From an uncultured Dehalococcoidales bacterium (lineage in GTDB: Bacteria > Chloroflexota > Dehalococcoidia > GIF9 > UBA5629), in contig CAZKOL010000005.1 of the NCBI GenBank assembly GCA_964554375.1, positions 2,859-66,858 of the forward strand: DNA of 64,000 bases, read 5' to 3'. Below, piece after piece: positions 25,793 through 35,315 of this stretch. Position 1 is the first letter of the stretch. Each line of letters starts with the position of its first letter. The notes under the pieces were generated by a model that saw only the letters and a program-made list of their open reading frames with translations, was not told the origin of the DNA and did no database searches. A program made the position numbers and the translations under genes.

Positions 25793-27172
25793 TTATTTCC
25801 AGCTGCCATCCTTGAGGTTCAGCGTCACGTTGTTATCCGGCGGTGGCAGGTCTTTCCAAAGGCCGGTGATGAGGTCCTTGCGGTATTGTATGACCAGCCA
25901 GGCCAGCGGGCTCAAACCGTTTTCCGTAACCATTACCTGGCCGGGCGCCAACTGTTCATCACCGCCGTAATGCGCTCCAAAGCCGACAGCAATTTCTTTG
26001 GCTATCTTCTCCGCTTCGGGACGTTCGATTTTATAGCCCTGTAGCGTATTGGTAGCTATGCCTGCGATGCCATCCATCAGGTACTGCTTTGCGTATGCAG
26101 GGAAATCTGTGGGGTGTGACTTGATGGACGTTACGAGCTCCTCCCTGATCGTTGCCATCTGGTCTTTGCTGATGGTTACCACCCTGAAGGGACAGGGATA
26201 AGTGACCAGTGCGCCAGTCTCGATATCGAACACGAACTTGCCGTTGTCGTATTTTTTCTCCGTGATGTCCTGGGCGTGATAGTGTCCGGTGAAAACCATG
26301 CGCGCATTGTAATTGGCAAACAGTTTAGCTACTTCCTCGTAGTCGTCCACTATGTATTCGCCATAGTTCTTCTGCTGGCCCAGGTAATGCTCCATGATGC
26401 CGTGGTGCATCATCACTATAACAGCCTTGTTCTCTTTGGCCGCTTGCCCGAGTAACTTCTCGATCCAGGCAAGCGTCTGGGCGCTGAATTTGCCGTCCGT
26501 TACCGACTCTTCGTCCTCGACATTCTCCCTGTAACGGCAGGAGTCCAGCGCCAGCAGCCACAAGCCGGGTTGGATCTCAGTCACGTAACTGAGGGAGTCC
26601 GGATCGCGATGCAGCGCATCCTTATAGCCGTAATCGGCATAAATCTGAGCAAACTGATCGGCCGTTATATTCGGCACACGCTCCACATTGTCACCAACAT
26701 ATTTGCATGAGAGCCCGTTCAATATGTCATGGTTCCCTGGTATCACGAACACCTTCTTACCGGCCGCTTTCAACTGTGCGAGGTAGCCGGCAAACACCTC
26801 GTGGGAAGATTTCTCTCCATCCTTGGTCAGGTCCCCCGACACCAGAACAATGTCGGCCTTGAGATCCTTGATCGAGTCAATAGCAAATTGCATTATCTCG
26901 GGGCTCTCCATTAAGAGCTTGCGGTCCTTGTCCAGGTAAGCCTGGAACGCCTTACCCGTTGTTCCCAACTCAAGGTCGTAGATATGCGGGTCGCTGAAGA
27001 CGATGAAGCTGATCTCAGGGTAGGCCGGAGCCTGCGCCAACTGCTGTCTGAGAGATGCGCTCGATTCATATTCAAACACCGGTTTGGGGGGAGCGCAGGC
27101 CAGCAGGCTAATAATGACTGCTACACATATGGAAAACTGTATGACACGTGAAAATGCTGTTGCTGCCTTCAT
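25793..27172 (-). CDS. Metallophosphoesterase lipoprotein
   Basis: Signal peptide with lipobox 'LLAC'. Calcineurin-like motifs 'FSDPH', 'GDLTKDGE', 'GNHD', 'MHHG' and 'GHYH' are all present. Confidence 0.85.
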   Translation of the reverse strand: MKAATAFSRVIQFSICVAVIISLLACAPPKPVFEYESSASLRQQLAQAPAYPEISFIVFSDPHIYDLELGTTGKAFQAYLDKDRKLLMESPEIMQFAIDSIKDLKADIVLVSGDLTKDGEKSSHEVFAGYLAQLKAAGKKVFVIPGNHDILNGLSCKYVGDNVERVPNITADQFAQIYADYGYKDALHRDPDSLSYVTEIQPGLWLLALDSCRYRENVEDEESVTDGKFSAQTLAWIEKLLGQAAKENKAVIVMMHHGIMEHYLGQQKNYGEYIVDDYEEVAKLFANYNARMVFTGHYHAQDITEKKYDNGKFVFDIETGALVTYPCPFRVVTISKDQMATIREELVTSIKSHPTDFPAYAKQYLMDGIAGIATNTLQGYKIERPEAEKIAKEIAVGFGAHYGGDEQLAPGQVMVTENGLSPLAWLVIQYRKDLITGLWKDLPPPDNNVTLNLKDGSWK

Positions 27173-27292
27173 ATACTATACACCTCCGCTTTCAATCGAT
27201 GGACAGACTTCTTAATATACTACATGCCTGAGGGCCACGGCAACCACGTTATACCCAATTGCCCTTCGGTATTGACAAGATGGGCGGATCGG

Positions 27293-28570
27293 CTACTCAA
27301 GCGGGTTGATCACCCTTCCCACAAAAATAACCGACCCTGTCTGGATATCCCTGATGAGGAAGATGAAGGGCCGGTCGACAGTGACCTCCAGCGGCGTGGC
27401 TGGCATCGCTGTGGCACGCATGATCACAGCCGTAGCCGCCGCCGCCTCTGTCCCAAGCTCGTCCACACCCACAAAAGCCTTATGAATAACTTTGGATATC
27501 GATAGATCGAGATTGCCCGTCATGCCTGAGAAATCGGCCTGGCTGGAGAATGCCGTGGGCATTCCCATGTTAGATAATGCATCTCCCAGGCTGAACTCGG
27601 ATTCGAACTTGAAGCGGGGCAGGCTGAGCGCAACCTGCTTCGGCACGATGGCCTTAATAATTAAGCCGGCCTTGTCCGCGTCCAGAGATTTCTCGAATTC
27701 AGCAAACATGCCCGCATCCGGCAGCAGCACCACCATCTCGAGCTCGCGGCCATCGTAGGGCAGCGACACGGCCTGGTAGCCGTCGCCGGCCGCATATCCC
27801 AGGCGCTCTGTCTGCCGCATCATTGGTACATCCACGATCTGCCCTTCCAGCAGGCGGAAGGGCGCCGGCTGCGTCATGCTCTTTTCGAAGTTATTGGCCC
27901 AGGCTGCATTGAAATATATGGCGTTGGTCAGCACCAGCCGTGTCAACCGGTCGATGGCTCCGGCCGGTATGAGGTCTTTGATACGCTGTTCCGTCTGATC
28001 TTCCACCCATTTATTAATAGTCTGCCGGCTGGACTCGGGCGCAGTGCGGAAATCCAGCGTCCTTAAACCCGCCCCGTAATTCTGCGCCAGCAGATCTAAA
28101 TAGTCGGCCAGGAAGCTGTATCCCGCCTGACCCCAGATAGCGTTGACGATATTGAGGCGGAATCCCTTGCCGTCCTTGCCCTTTGCCCCCTGGCCGCGTG
28201 CTTTCAGTTGCTGATCGAGGCTATTGAAGGCCGGATGCAGGCGATCCTGCGGCAATGTGAAGTGAAGCGTTCCGGCCATCTCTTTTTCGGTAGTATCCCG
28301 GGCGCCTGCATAAGTCATGGCCAGAGCCTGTGAAATTGAATACGGCGAATAAAAAAGGTTGCCTTGTTCCCCTTTGAGCGCACTGTACAGGTCAAAGGCA
28401 AATGCATTATTCCCATCCACCAGCGCGGCCAGGTCAACCGTGCCCGATGTGTCGGCTGCCCTTGGCTTGTCCGAGCTCACCATGTTACTGGAAGCCGGCT
28501 GCGAACAGGCCGCCAGACCGGTCAGCAGCACAAGGCCTAAACCTGTCAGATATGACCACTTTAATTTCAC
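27293..28570 (-). CDS. Serpin-family protease inhibitor, lipoprotein
   Basis: Lipobox 'GLAAC'. 'LFYSPYSISQALAMTYAGA', the hinge 'GTEAAAATA' and 'VDRPFIFLIRD' are serpin signatures. GTG start with SD GGAGG. Confidence 0.85.
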   Translation of the reverse strand: MKLKWSYLTGLGLVLLTGLAACSQPASSNMVSSDKPRAADTSGTVDLAALVDGNNAFAFDLYSALKGEQGNLFYSPYSISQALAMTYAGARDTTEKEMAGTLHFTLPQDRLHPAFNSLDQQLKARGQGAKGKDGKGFRLNIVNAIWGQAGYSFLADYLDLLAQNYGAGLRTLDFRTAPESSRQTINKWVEDQTEQRIKDLIPAGAIDRLTRLVLTNAIYFNAAWANNFEKSMTQPAPFRLLEGQIVDVPMMRQTERLGYAAGDGYQAVSLPYDGRELEMVVLLPDAGMFAEFEKSLDADKAGLIIKAIVPKQVALSLPRFKFESEFSLGDALSNMGMPTAFSSQADFSGMTGNLDLSISKVIHKAFVGVDELGTEAAAATAVIMRATAMPATPLEVTVDRPFIFLIRDIQTGSVIFVGRVINPLE

Positions 28571-28853
28571 GTCACTGCCTCCTGTATACTCAATTCACGT
28601 CATTAATAACGTTTCCCCCGCGATAAAGTTTAGCAAATCAGAGTCTCTCTTTGCACAGCAGGTGCAACTATGCGGGTCAACGAAGTTATTGCACTGCTCA
28701 GATCGCTGGCCGGGTACGGCATCAATACGTAGCGTGCGCTATGCGTCTCAACTCCCGATATGCAAAAACAGGGAAGGCAGACAGGCAAAAATCATAACCT
28801 GGCGCTGGAACTCTGGCAGGCCGGCTGGCAAAGTTGAATTAAAATACCTTTCC

Positions 28854-28875
28854 GGGCGGGCCTTAAAACCCGCCC
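28854..28875. repeat. GC-rich hairpin of the GGGCGG-stem family
   Basis: gggcggg-ccttaaaa-cccgccc has a 7-bp stem. It lies about 90 nt downstream of the MFS (28966) stop on the minus strand. Confidence 0.55.
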
Positions 28876-28965
28876 TTTCAGTCTCATAGGGATGCGCCTC
28901 AAGCGCACCGGCTAATTCAGCGAGTTCGAAAACGCGCCTACATTGTCAAGTTAAAAGAAGCCGGA

Positions 28966-30177
28966 TCACGCCTGCGGGTGCGTATCTTTAAGCCATAGAG
29001 ACACCAGGAACGATCCCACAAAAAGTACGGCCAGCAGGGCCAACGGCGCTACAAACTGGCCGGTCGCGGATTGCAGCCCCTCCATAGAGGGCACCAGTAT
29101 CACTGCCGCCAGGTTGCCGAGCAATTGCAAATATCCGACCGAGACGCCGGCATATTTGGGGCCAGTCACCTCGGCTGACATGGTGAGAATGACCGGAAAC
29201 GCCGAAAGAAGGAAAAAGCCCAACACCATGCAATTGATCAAATTTGGCGTATAACCCCGGATGAAGATCATGGCCGCGATGCAAATTGCGCCCAGCAGTG
29301 TCGCGAGTATCACGAATGGCTTGCGTCTTCTGACTTTATCCGAAATCATCGGCACTACGATACAACCGATCATACCGGCGAATATCATGGCGGCCGATAT
29401 AGTGCTGCCCTCAGACATCGGTATATTGTGAAGCTCATTCAGTATTTTCTCCAGCCAGGTGGCAAGTCCATTAAAAGAGCCCAGGCCTACGAATGTCACA
29501 AAGCCCAGCAAAATGAAATTCCTGTTTTTAAGAATGACTCCCAGCCCTCCCCAGCTCGACGTTGAAAGCTCGGCTTCTGGCGCCCGTGACGGGGTGAGCG
29601 GTTTTGACCGGACGACCAGGACAAACACAAGAGATCCAAAGATTCCGGCTATGCCGTAAATCAACAACATGGACGTATAACCGAGACCTTCAACCACTGC
29701 CGGAGTAGCTCCCAGCGCCACCATCATTCCTATAAAAAGCGCCAGAGTACCCAGGCCGATCGCAGTACCCTCCTCCTTGGGAGCAAACCACACTGAAGCC
29801 AGCTTGGTTACCCCGTTCAAAACGAAGGGCTGCCCCAGAGAGATCCCTATCTGTGAAATGAGTAGAATATCAAACGAATCCGGCCCCGCCAATCTCAACA
29901 GCGAGAAGACGCCTGTGAAGATGGCCCCGATGCCAACACCCCACTTAAAGCCGATTTTATCTATGATTATGCCCGCAGGTATAGTGAGAATGACCTGGAT
30001 GAGAGGAAAGACCAGTGTTAACCACTGAACGCCACTGGCAGGAATATGCAGCATATCTTCGATATAAGTATCGATAGCGGCGAAATTCAGCCAGTAAAGC
30101 TGTGTCAGCGCTGAAACGTACATGTAGATGGCCAGCACCACCCACCTGTACCGGTAAACCTTGTACTGCTGCTCCAT
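28966..30177 (-). CDS. MFS transporter
   Basis: 12 predicted TM helices in 403 aa. SD GGGAGGA upstream of the ATG at 30177. Confidence 0.8.
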   Translation of the reverse strand: MEQQYKVYRYRWVVLAIYMYVSALTQLYWLNFAAIDTYIEDMLHIPASGVQWLTLVFPLIQVILTIPAGIIIDKIGFKWGVGIGAIFTGVFSLLRLAGPDSFDILLISQIGISLGQPFVLNGVTKLASVWFAPKEEGTAIGLGTLALFIGMMVALGATPAVVEGLGYTSMLLIYGIAGIFGSLVFVLVVRSKPLTPSRAPEAELSTSSWGGLGVILKNRNFILLGFVTFVGLGSFNGLATWLEKILNELHNIPMSEGSTISAAMIFAGMIGCIVVPMISDKVRRRKPFVILATLLGAICIAAMIFIRGYTPNLINCMVLGFFLLSAFPVILTMSAEVTGPKYAGVSVGYLQLLGNLAAVILVPSMEGLQSATGQFVAPLALLAVLFVGSFLVSLWLKDTHPQA

Positions 30178-30188
30178 TAGTTATCCTC

Positions 30189-30258
30189 CCTATAAATTTA
30201 TCTGCTGTGCCACGTGATATTGAGGAGTTGTCAAACTCAAATCACCTATAAATTTATC
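30189..30258. promoter_or_regulatory. Two copies of a 14-nt box CCTATAAATTTATC (palindromic core ATAAATTTAT) in a divergent promoter region
   Basis: Identical 14-mers occur at 30189-30202 and 30245-30258, 56 nt start-to-start. They lie between the MFS start (30177, minus strand) and the hypF start (30395, plus strand). Confidence 0.45.
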
Positions 30259-30394
30259 ATCAGCCGCCTGCTGTTGCCGTACAAAATTACACACAGTATA
30301 AGTCACGCTTACCTAAAAGTAAATCTATATAAAAGCTAAACAGCGACCCTCCTTGCCCACCCTCATCGCTTGAAGTACAATTCAGTTTGATCCC

Positions 30395-32707
30395 ATGTTA
30401 GCCGGCAATGAGAACATACTTGCCCGCATCAGCGCCAGAGGAGTGGTGCAGGGTGTAGGCTTTCGTCCCTTCATATACGGACTGGCAAAGAAATACAGGC
30501 TTAACGGTTGGGTCTGCAACACGTCGGAAGACGTGAAAATAGAGGTGGATGGTGAAAGGAAATCCCTCGATTCCTTCATATCCGCCATCGAAAAGCAGGC
30601 CCCCCCTCTGGCGCGCATAGAAAGCCTGAACGTGAGCTTCCACCCGGCGGCCGGCTATAAAGGCTTCGAAATCCGCAAGAGTGAGGCGCAGCCGGGCAAA
30701 TACCAGCTCATATCGCCCGATATCGCCACTTGCGGTCCCTGTCTCGATGACGTTTTCACCCGGGGCAACCGTCGCTGGCGTTACCCATTTACCAACTGCA
30801 CTAATTGCGGGCCGCGCTTCACTATCATCAAAGATATACCTTACGACCGACCGCTCACCACAATGTCCGTCTTCAAGATGTGCCGGGATTGTCAGAGGGA
30901 ATACGAAGACCCCCTGGACCGCCGCTTCCATGCGCAACCCAACGCCTGCCCGGTCTGCGGACCGCAGCTTCAGTTGACGGACAACAAGGGATTCGTGGTT
31001 GACTGCCGGGACATCATCGAGAAAACGGCGGATCTGCTCAGGGGAGGCGCGATCATAGCAATCAAGGGGCTGGGCGGATTCCTGCTGGCCTGCAATGCTG
31101 AAAATACCGAAGCCGTGGTCCTGCTGCGCCGGCGCAAGCTTCGCCCTTCCAAGCCTTTCGCCGTCATGCTCAAAGACATCACAGCTGTTAAAAAACACTG
31201 CATTTTAACACCACAAGAGGAAAAGCTGCTCTTATCACCGCAGGCGCCCATCGTACTGCTGCCATGGAAGGACGGCGCCGGTATATGCAGGGAGGTGGCA
31301 CCGGGTTTGAAATACCTCGGCGTGATGCTCCCTTACACGCCCCTGCACCACCTGGTCATGAGGGAAAGCGGCCTGCCGCTGGTCATGACCAGCGGCAATA
31401 TCAGCGAGGAGCCGATCGCCGGTCAGAACAGCGAGGCAATGCGAAGGCTGGGCGGGATCGCCGACTATTTTATGTCACATAACCGGGACATCCACTCTAC
31501 ATATGATGACAGCGTAGCCGTGGTCGTGGACAATAGCCCACAACTCATACGCCGGGCCAGGGGCTATGCCCCGTATCCAATTCACCTGACTTTCGATGCG
31601 CCTCATATACTAGCCTGCGGGGCAGAGGAGAAGAATACGTTTTGTCTGACCCGTGACAACCATGCTTTCGTCAGCCAGCACATCGGCGACATGGAGAATA
31701 TCGAAACTCTGGATCACTACATACGGACGGTGGAACTCTACAAACAGCTTTTCCGCATACGACCGGAGGTCATAGCCCACGACATGCACCCCGAATACCT
31801 GCCCACCAAGTATGCCCTGGAAGAGGCAGAGAAGCACAACCTGAAGACTATTGCTGTCCAGCATCACCACGCGCATGTAGCGTCTTGCCTGGCCGATAAC
31901 GGTGAGGAGGGAGAAGTCATCGGGGTCGCCTTTGATGGCACGGGTTATGGGAGCGACGGCAAGATCTGGGGTGGGGAATTCATGACGGCGGACTGCAAAA
32001 GCTTCAAACGGGCCGGTCAACTTGAGTACCTGCCGCTTCCCGGCGGCTCCGCCGCCATAAAAAAGCCCTACCGCACAGCGCTAAGCTACATGCTGGTACT
32101 GCTGGGCAACAGTGCTTTCGACAGCAGGCTGGGCTTCCTTAACGGTATTGACAGGGAAGAGATAGAGCTGGTGAGCAAGCAGGTGACAGCAGGCCTCAAT
32201 TCGCCGCTGACTTCCAGCATGGGCAGGCTTTTCGACGCCGTCTCAGCCATGGCTGGTATCCGCACTACTATCGACTACGAGGCACAGGCTGCCATCGAGA
32301 TGGAGATGAGGGCATACGACGCAACAGATGAAAAAGGCCTCTATCCCTTCTCCATAACGGGTGACCAGAGCTATTCGATAATCCTGTTACACGAGCTGGT
32401 GGCCGGGGTGGCAGATGACATCCTCAGAGGATGCAGGGCTGCCAATGTGAGTATGAGGTTCCACAACACGGTAGCAGCCATGACACGGGATGTCTGCCTG
32501 AGGATAAAGGCGCAGTCTGGAATAGGCACGGTTGCATTGAGCGGGGGCTGCTTTCAGAACCGGTTATTACTGAGCAAGGTGATGTTGCTGCTCAGACAGA
32601 GCGGGTTCAAAGTCCTCACGCACAGGAACGTGCCGGCCAATGACGGGGGAATCTCGCTCGGACAGGCGGTCATAGCCGGAAGATCACTACTGCAGGGGGA
32701 TAAATGA
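30395..32707 (+). CDS. hypF: [NiFe]-hydrogenase maturation carbamoyltransferase HypF
   Basis: Acylphosphatase block 'GVVQGVGFRPFIY', zinc-finger CxxC pairs ('NCTNCGPRFTII', 'NACPVCGP'), and the YrdC and Kae1-like parts. Length is 770 aa. Confidence 0.92.
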   Translation: MLAGNENILARISARGVVQGVGFRPFIYGLAKKYRLNGWVCNTSEDVKIEVDGERKSLDSFISAIEKQAPPLARIESLNVSFHPAAGYKGFEIRKSEAQPGKYQLISPDIATCGPCLDDVFTRGNRRWRYPFTNCTNCGPRFTIIKDIPYDRPLTTMSVFKMCRDCQREYEDPLDRRFHAQPNACPVCGPQLQLTDNKGFVVDCRDIIEKTADLLRGGAIIAIKGLGGFLLACNAENTEAVVLLRRRKLRPSKPFAVMLKDITAVKKHCILTPQEEKLLLSPQAPIVLLPWKDGAGICREVAPGLKYLGVMLPYTPLHHLVMRESGLPLVMTSGNISEEPIAGQNSEAMRRLGGIADYFMSHNRDIHSTYDDSVAVVVDNSPQLIRRARGYAPYPIHLTFDAPHILACGAEEKNTFCLTRDNHAFVSQHIGDMENIETLDHYIRTVELYKQLFRIRPEVIAHDMHPEYLPTKYALEEAEKHNLKTIAVQHHHAHVASCLADNGEEGEVIGVAFDGTGYGSDGKIWGGEFMTADCKSFKRAGQLEYLPLPGGSAAIKKPYRTALSYMLVLLGNSAFDSRLGFLNGIDREEIELVSKQVTAGLNSPLTSSMGRLFDAVSAMAGIRTTIDYEAQAAIEMEMRAYDATDEKGLYPFSITGDQSYSIILLHELVAGVADDILRGCRAANVSMRFHNTVAAMTRDVCLRIKAQSGIGTVALSGGCFQNRLLLSKVMLLLRQSGFKVLTHRNVPANDGGISLGQAVIAGRSLLQGDK

Positions 32708-32780
32708 TAGGACTATATAATCTCTCTCGCCCATGAGCTCTTCGACCTTCTCTTTTTGTGGCTCTGCTGGCAAGTCAGAT

Positions 32781-32809
32781 TTGTTAGCCCCTTGACCTTG
32801 GGTTATACT
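32781..32809 (+). promoter_or_regulatory. Sigma-70-like promoter candidate directly abutting the hypC ATG
   Basis: TTGTTA, a 17-nt spacer, then TATACT. The A of the hypC ATG (32818) lies 9 nt after the -10 box, and there is no SD in between. Confidence 0.35.
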
Positions 32810-32817
32810 TTTATCAA

Positions 32818-33048
32818 ATGTGCCTCGCAGTCCCGGTCAAGATAACCTTTATTGAAGGCGACCAGGCCGATGTCGATATCGGCGGCGTCAGACGGAGGGT
32901 GAGCATCGCTCTCACACCGGAAGCCCTGATAGGCGATTACGTGCTGCTGCATACGGGGTATGCCATCAGCGTGCTTAACGAGGCAGAAGCGAAGGAAACG
33001 CTGGATATCCTCGAGCGCATGGTTGCCGCTGACGGAAGCGCCGCCTGA
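32818..33048 (+). CDS. hypC: Hydrogenase assembly chaperone HypC/HupF
   Basis: The 'MCLAVPVKI' N-terminus carries the essential Cys2. Length is 76 aa. Confidence 0.92.
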   Translation: MCLAVPVKITFIEGDQADVDIGGVRRRVSIALTPEALIGDYVLLHTGYAISVLNEAEAKETLDILERMVAADGSAA

Positions 33049-33110
33049 CGGCAAGCGAGCGCAACTCTATTTTGGAACGGCCCGTCCTGAATTCAAGAGG
33101 AGGTAACACA

Positions 33111-34136
33111 ATGAGACTCAACAGACTATTAGCAGTATCGGCTTTGATCATAGTGACCCTCAGCGCAGTCTGGCTGGCCTGCGCCGCGGCACCGTCAACA
33201 GTGCCTGCCCAGGCGCCCCCTGATATACCGAAGCAGACGCCCATTGCAACCCTGCCGGCAGACAACGTCACCCCTGCGGCCGGCCCCCAGGAGGGGAAAA
33301 CTGAGGCAGCCAGGCCACCGGTCAACCTGAATATGCTGGTCTTTATCTCAGGTACCAATGACGAGGGGGGACCGCAGATGTACACGTGCAATATCGACGG
33401 CAGCAACTGGCAACGGCTGACAAAAAACAAGACCGGAGGGGAGCGGTTCCCACGGTGGTCCCCTGACGGCGCCAGAATTGCCTTCTTCACCGACATGGAC
33501 AGCTTCTGGCAGATATATTCCATCAACGCCGATGGAAGCGACCAAACACGCCTGACCAACAATGAGGCAAACGATACCTTCCCGGCCTGGTCACCCGATA
33601 GCCGGAAAATAGCCTTTACGTCCGATCGCGACGGCAACGAGCAGATATATATTATGAACGCTGACGGGGGTAACCAAACACGCCTGACCAATAATTCATT
33701 TAACGACGCGGCCCCAAGCTGGTCACCTGATGGAAACAGAATAGCCTTCCAGAGCGACCGTGACGGCAACGCCGAGATATATATCATGCGTACCGACGGG
33801 ACTAACCAGACGAGGATCACGAACAGCGCCCAGATCGACACCTACCCCGTGTGGTCGCCCGACGGCAACAGGATCGCCTTCCAATCTAACGAGAACGGCA
33901 ATTTCGAGGTCTTTGTCATGTACCCGGACGGTAGCGGCCGCACACGCCTCACGACCGGCCTGGTTGATAACAAATATCCTGCATGGTCCCCGGACAGCAG
34001 CAAGCTCGTTTTCTACTCCAAGCGCGACTGCACCAATGACAACGGCGAAATATATATCATGAACGCCGACGGCAGCAATCAGACCCGCATAACACGCAGC
34101 GAGTGCAGTGATTCCGCTTTGGCCGACTGGCGTTAA
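33111..34136 (+). CDS. Exported PD40/TolB-like beta-propeller repeat lipoprotein
   Basis: SD AGGAGG with ATG at 33111. A signal peptide with lipobox 'WLAC' is followed by a Pro-rich linker. Then come about six repeats of 'WSPDGxRIAFxSDRDGNxEIYxMNADGSNQTRLTN'. Confidence 0.85.
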   Translation: MRLNRLLAVSALIIVTLSAVWLACAAAPSTVPAQAPPDIPKQTPIATLPADNVTPAAGPQEGKTEAARPPVNLNMLVFISGTNDEGGPQMYTCNIDGSNWQRLTKNKTGGERFPRWSPDGARIAFFTDMDSFWQIYSINADGSDQTRLTNNEANDTFPAWSPDSRKIAFTSDRDGNEQIYIMNADGGNQTRLTNNSFNDAAPSWSPDGNRIAFQSDRDGNAEIYIMRTDGTNQTRITNSAQIDTYPVWSPDGNRIAFQSNENGNFEVFVMYPDGSGRTRLTTGLVDNKYPAWSPDSSKLVFYSKRDCTNDNGEIYIMNADGSNQTRITRSECSDSALADWR

Positions 34137-34223
34137 GCCGCATGAGACCAATAGACCGGCTGCCCGGGCGGGCGAAGGACGGGTTTGTACGTTTCGATCC
34201 TGTTCAAGTAGAATTGTTGCCTG

Positions 34224-35315
34224 ATGAAATACATCGACGAGTTCCGCGATGCAGGCCTGATCCGCAAACTGGCCGATAAGATCGCCAATATCTCCACCAG
34301 ACCGGCACGGCTGATGGAGTTCTGTGGCGGGCATACCATGGCCATCATGCTTAACGGCATACGGCAGCTCCTGCCGCCGCATATCGAGACGCTTTCCGGG
34401 CCCGGCTGCCCGGTGTGCGTCACCGCCAACCGTGATATCGACAAGGCCATAGCACTAGCCGGCCTGCCCGAGGTAATCATCACCACCTTCGGCGACATGC
34501 TCAAGGTACCGGGCAGCTATTCCAGCCTCCAGCAGGCTCGTGCCTCGGGTGGCGATATTCGCACCGTCTACTCCACGCAGGACGCGCTGCAGGCTGCGCG
34601 TGATAATCCCAACAGAAAGGTGATCTTCCTGGGGATAGGATTCGAAACTACGGCGCCCACCATAGCCGCCGCTGTTTTACAGGCGGAAAAGGAGAAGATA
34701 GACAATTTCTCCGTCCTCTGCCAGCTCAAGCTGACTCCCCCCGCCATGCAAGCCCTGCTCGACCTGGGCGAGACCCATCTCAATGGCATTATCTGCCCGG
34801 GCCATGTCAGCGCTATCATCGGAACGCGGCCTTATGAGGCCTATGCCCGGGATTACGGTGTGGCCTGCGTTGTTGCAGGCTTTGAGCCGGTGGACATTCT
34901 ACAGGCCGTGGAGATGCTGATCCAGCAGGTCGAGCGCGGCGTCGCGTATGTCGAGATCGCATATACCCGCGGTGTCAGGCCTGAGGGTAATACGAAGGCA
35001 CTGGAACTGATGTATAGTGTTTTCGATACGGCCGCAGCCTGCTGGCGAGGCATCGGAGATATCCCGAGCAGCGGGTTGAGGCTAAAAAACAGGTACGCCC
35101 GGTACGACGCCGGCCTGAATTTCGAGGTCAAACTGCCCCAGACCAGGGAGCACGCCGGTTGCCGCTGCGGGGAAATACTGCGCGGCGTAATCAAGCCATC
35201 TGACTGCGCGCTGTTCGGCAAAGTCTGCACACCGGAAAACCCGGTGGGGCCCTGCATGGTATCGTCGGAAGGAAGCTGCGCCGCCGTCTACCAGTATGGA
35301 GCATGCGATGGGTGA
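34224..35315 (+). CDS. hypD: Hydrogenase maturation protein HypD
   Basis: 'MKYIDEFRD', 'GPGCPVCV', 'GIGFETTAPT' and 'GPCMVSSEGSCAAVYQY'. Confidence 0.92.
   Translation: MKYIDEFRDAGLIRKLADKIANISTRPARLMEFCGGHTMAIMLNGIRQLLPPHIETLSGPGCPVCVTANRDIDKAIALAGLPEVIITTFGDMLKVPGSYSSLQQARASGGDIRTVYSTQDALQAARDNPNRKVIFLGIGFETTAPTIAAAVLQAEKEKIDNFSVLCQLKLTPPAMQALLDLGETHLNGIICPGHVSAIIGTRPYEAYARDYGVACVVAGFEPVDILQAVEMLIQQVERGVAYVEIAYTRGVRPEGNTKALELMYSVFDTAAACWRGIGDIPSSGLRLKNRYARYDAGLNFEVKLPQTREHAGCRCGEILRGVIKPSDCALFGKVCTPENPVGPCMVSSEGSCAAVYQYGACDG

Noticed and set aside
28359-28889. 176-aa plus-strand ORF spanning the serpin 5' end and its upstream region
   Set aside because: It overlaps the serpin signal-peptide region in antisense, runs through a REP-like hairpin, and has no SD or motif.
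28571-28965. 395-nt gap upstream of the serpin gene, scanned for a hidden gene or riboswitch
   Set aside because: Only a 19-codon ORF without an SD (MRVNEVIALLRSLAGYGINT) and short hairpins (ttgcac-agcag-gtgcaa and the GGGCGGG hairpin) are present. I recognise no known RNA motif.
33300-34100. Periodic ~130-nt DNA repetition that could be mistaken for a tandem-repeat or CRISPR-like array
   Set aside because: The periodicity is the coding repeat of the PD40 beta-propeller blades. The units are diverged, contiguous and in-frame, with no spacer/repeat architecture.
32975-34382. Two long antisense ORFs (32975-33841, 288 aa; 33723-34382, 219 aa) opposite hypC, the PD40 gene and hypD
   Set aside because: Their products are low-complexity (Ser/Pro/Arg/Ala-rich) with no motifs. 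They lie opposite genes with unmistakable sense-strand signatures. Long stop-free antisense frames are expected in GC-rich, repeat-encoding DNA.
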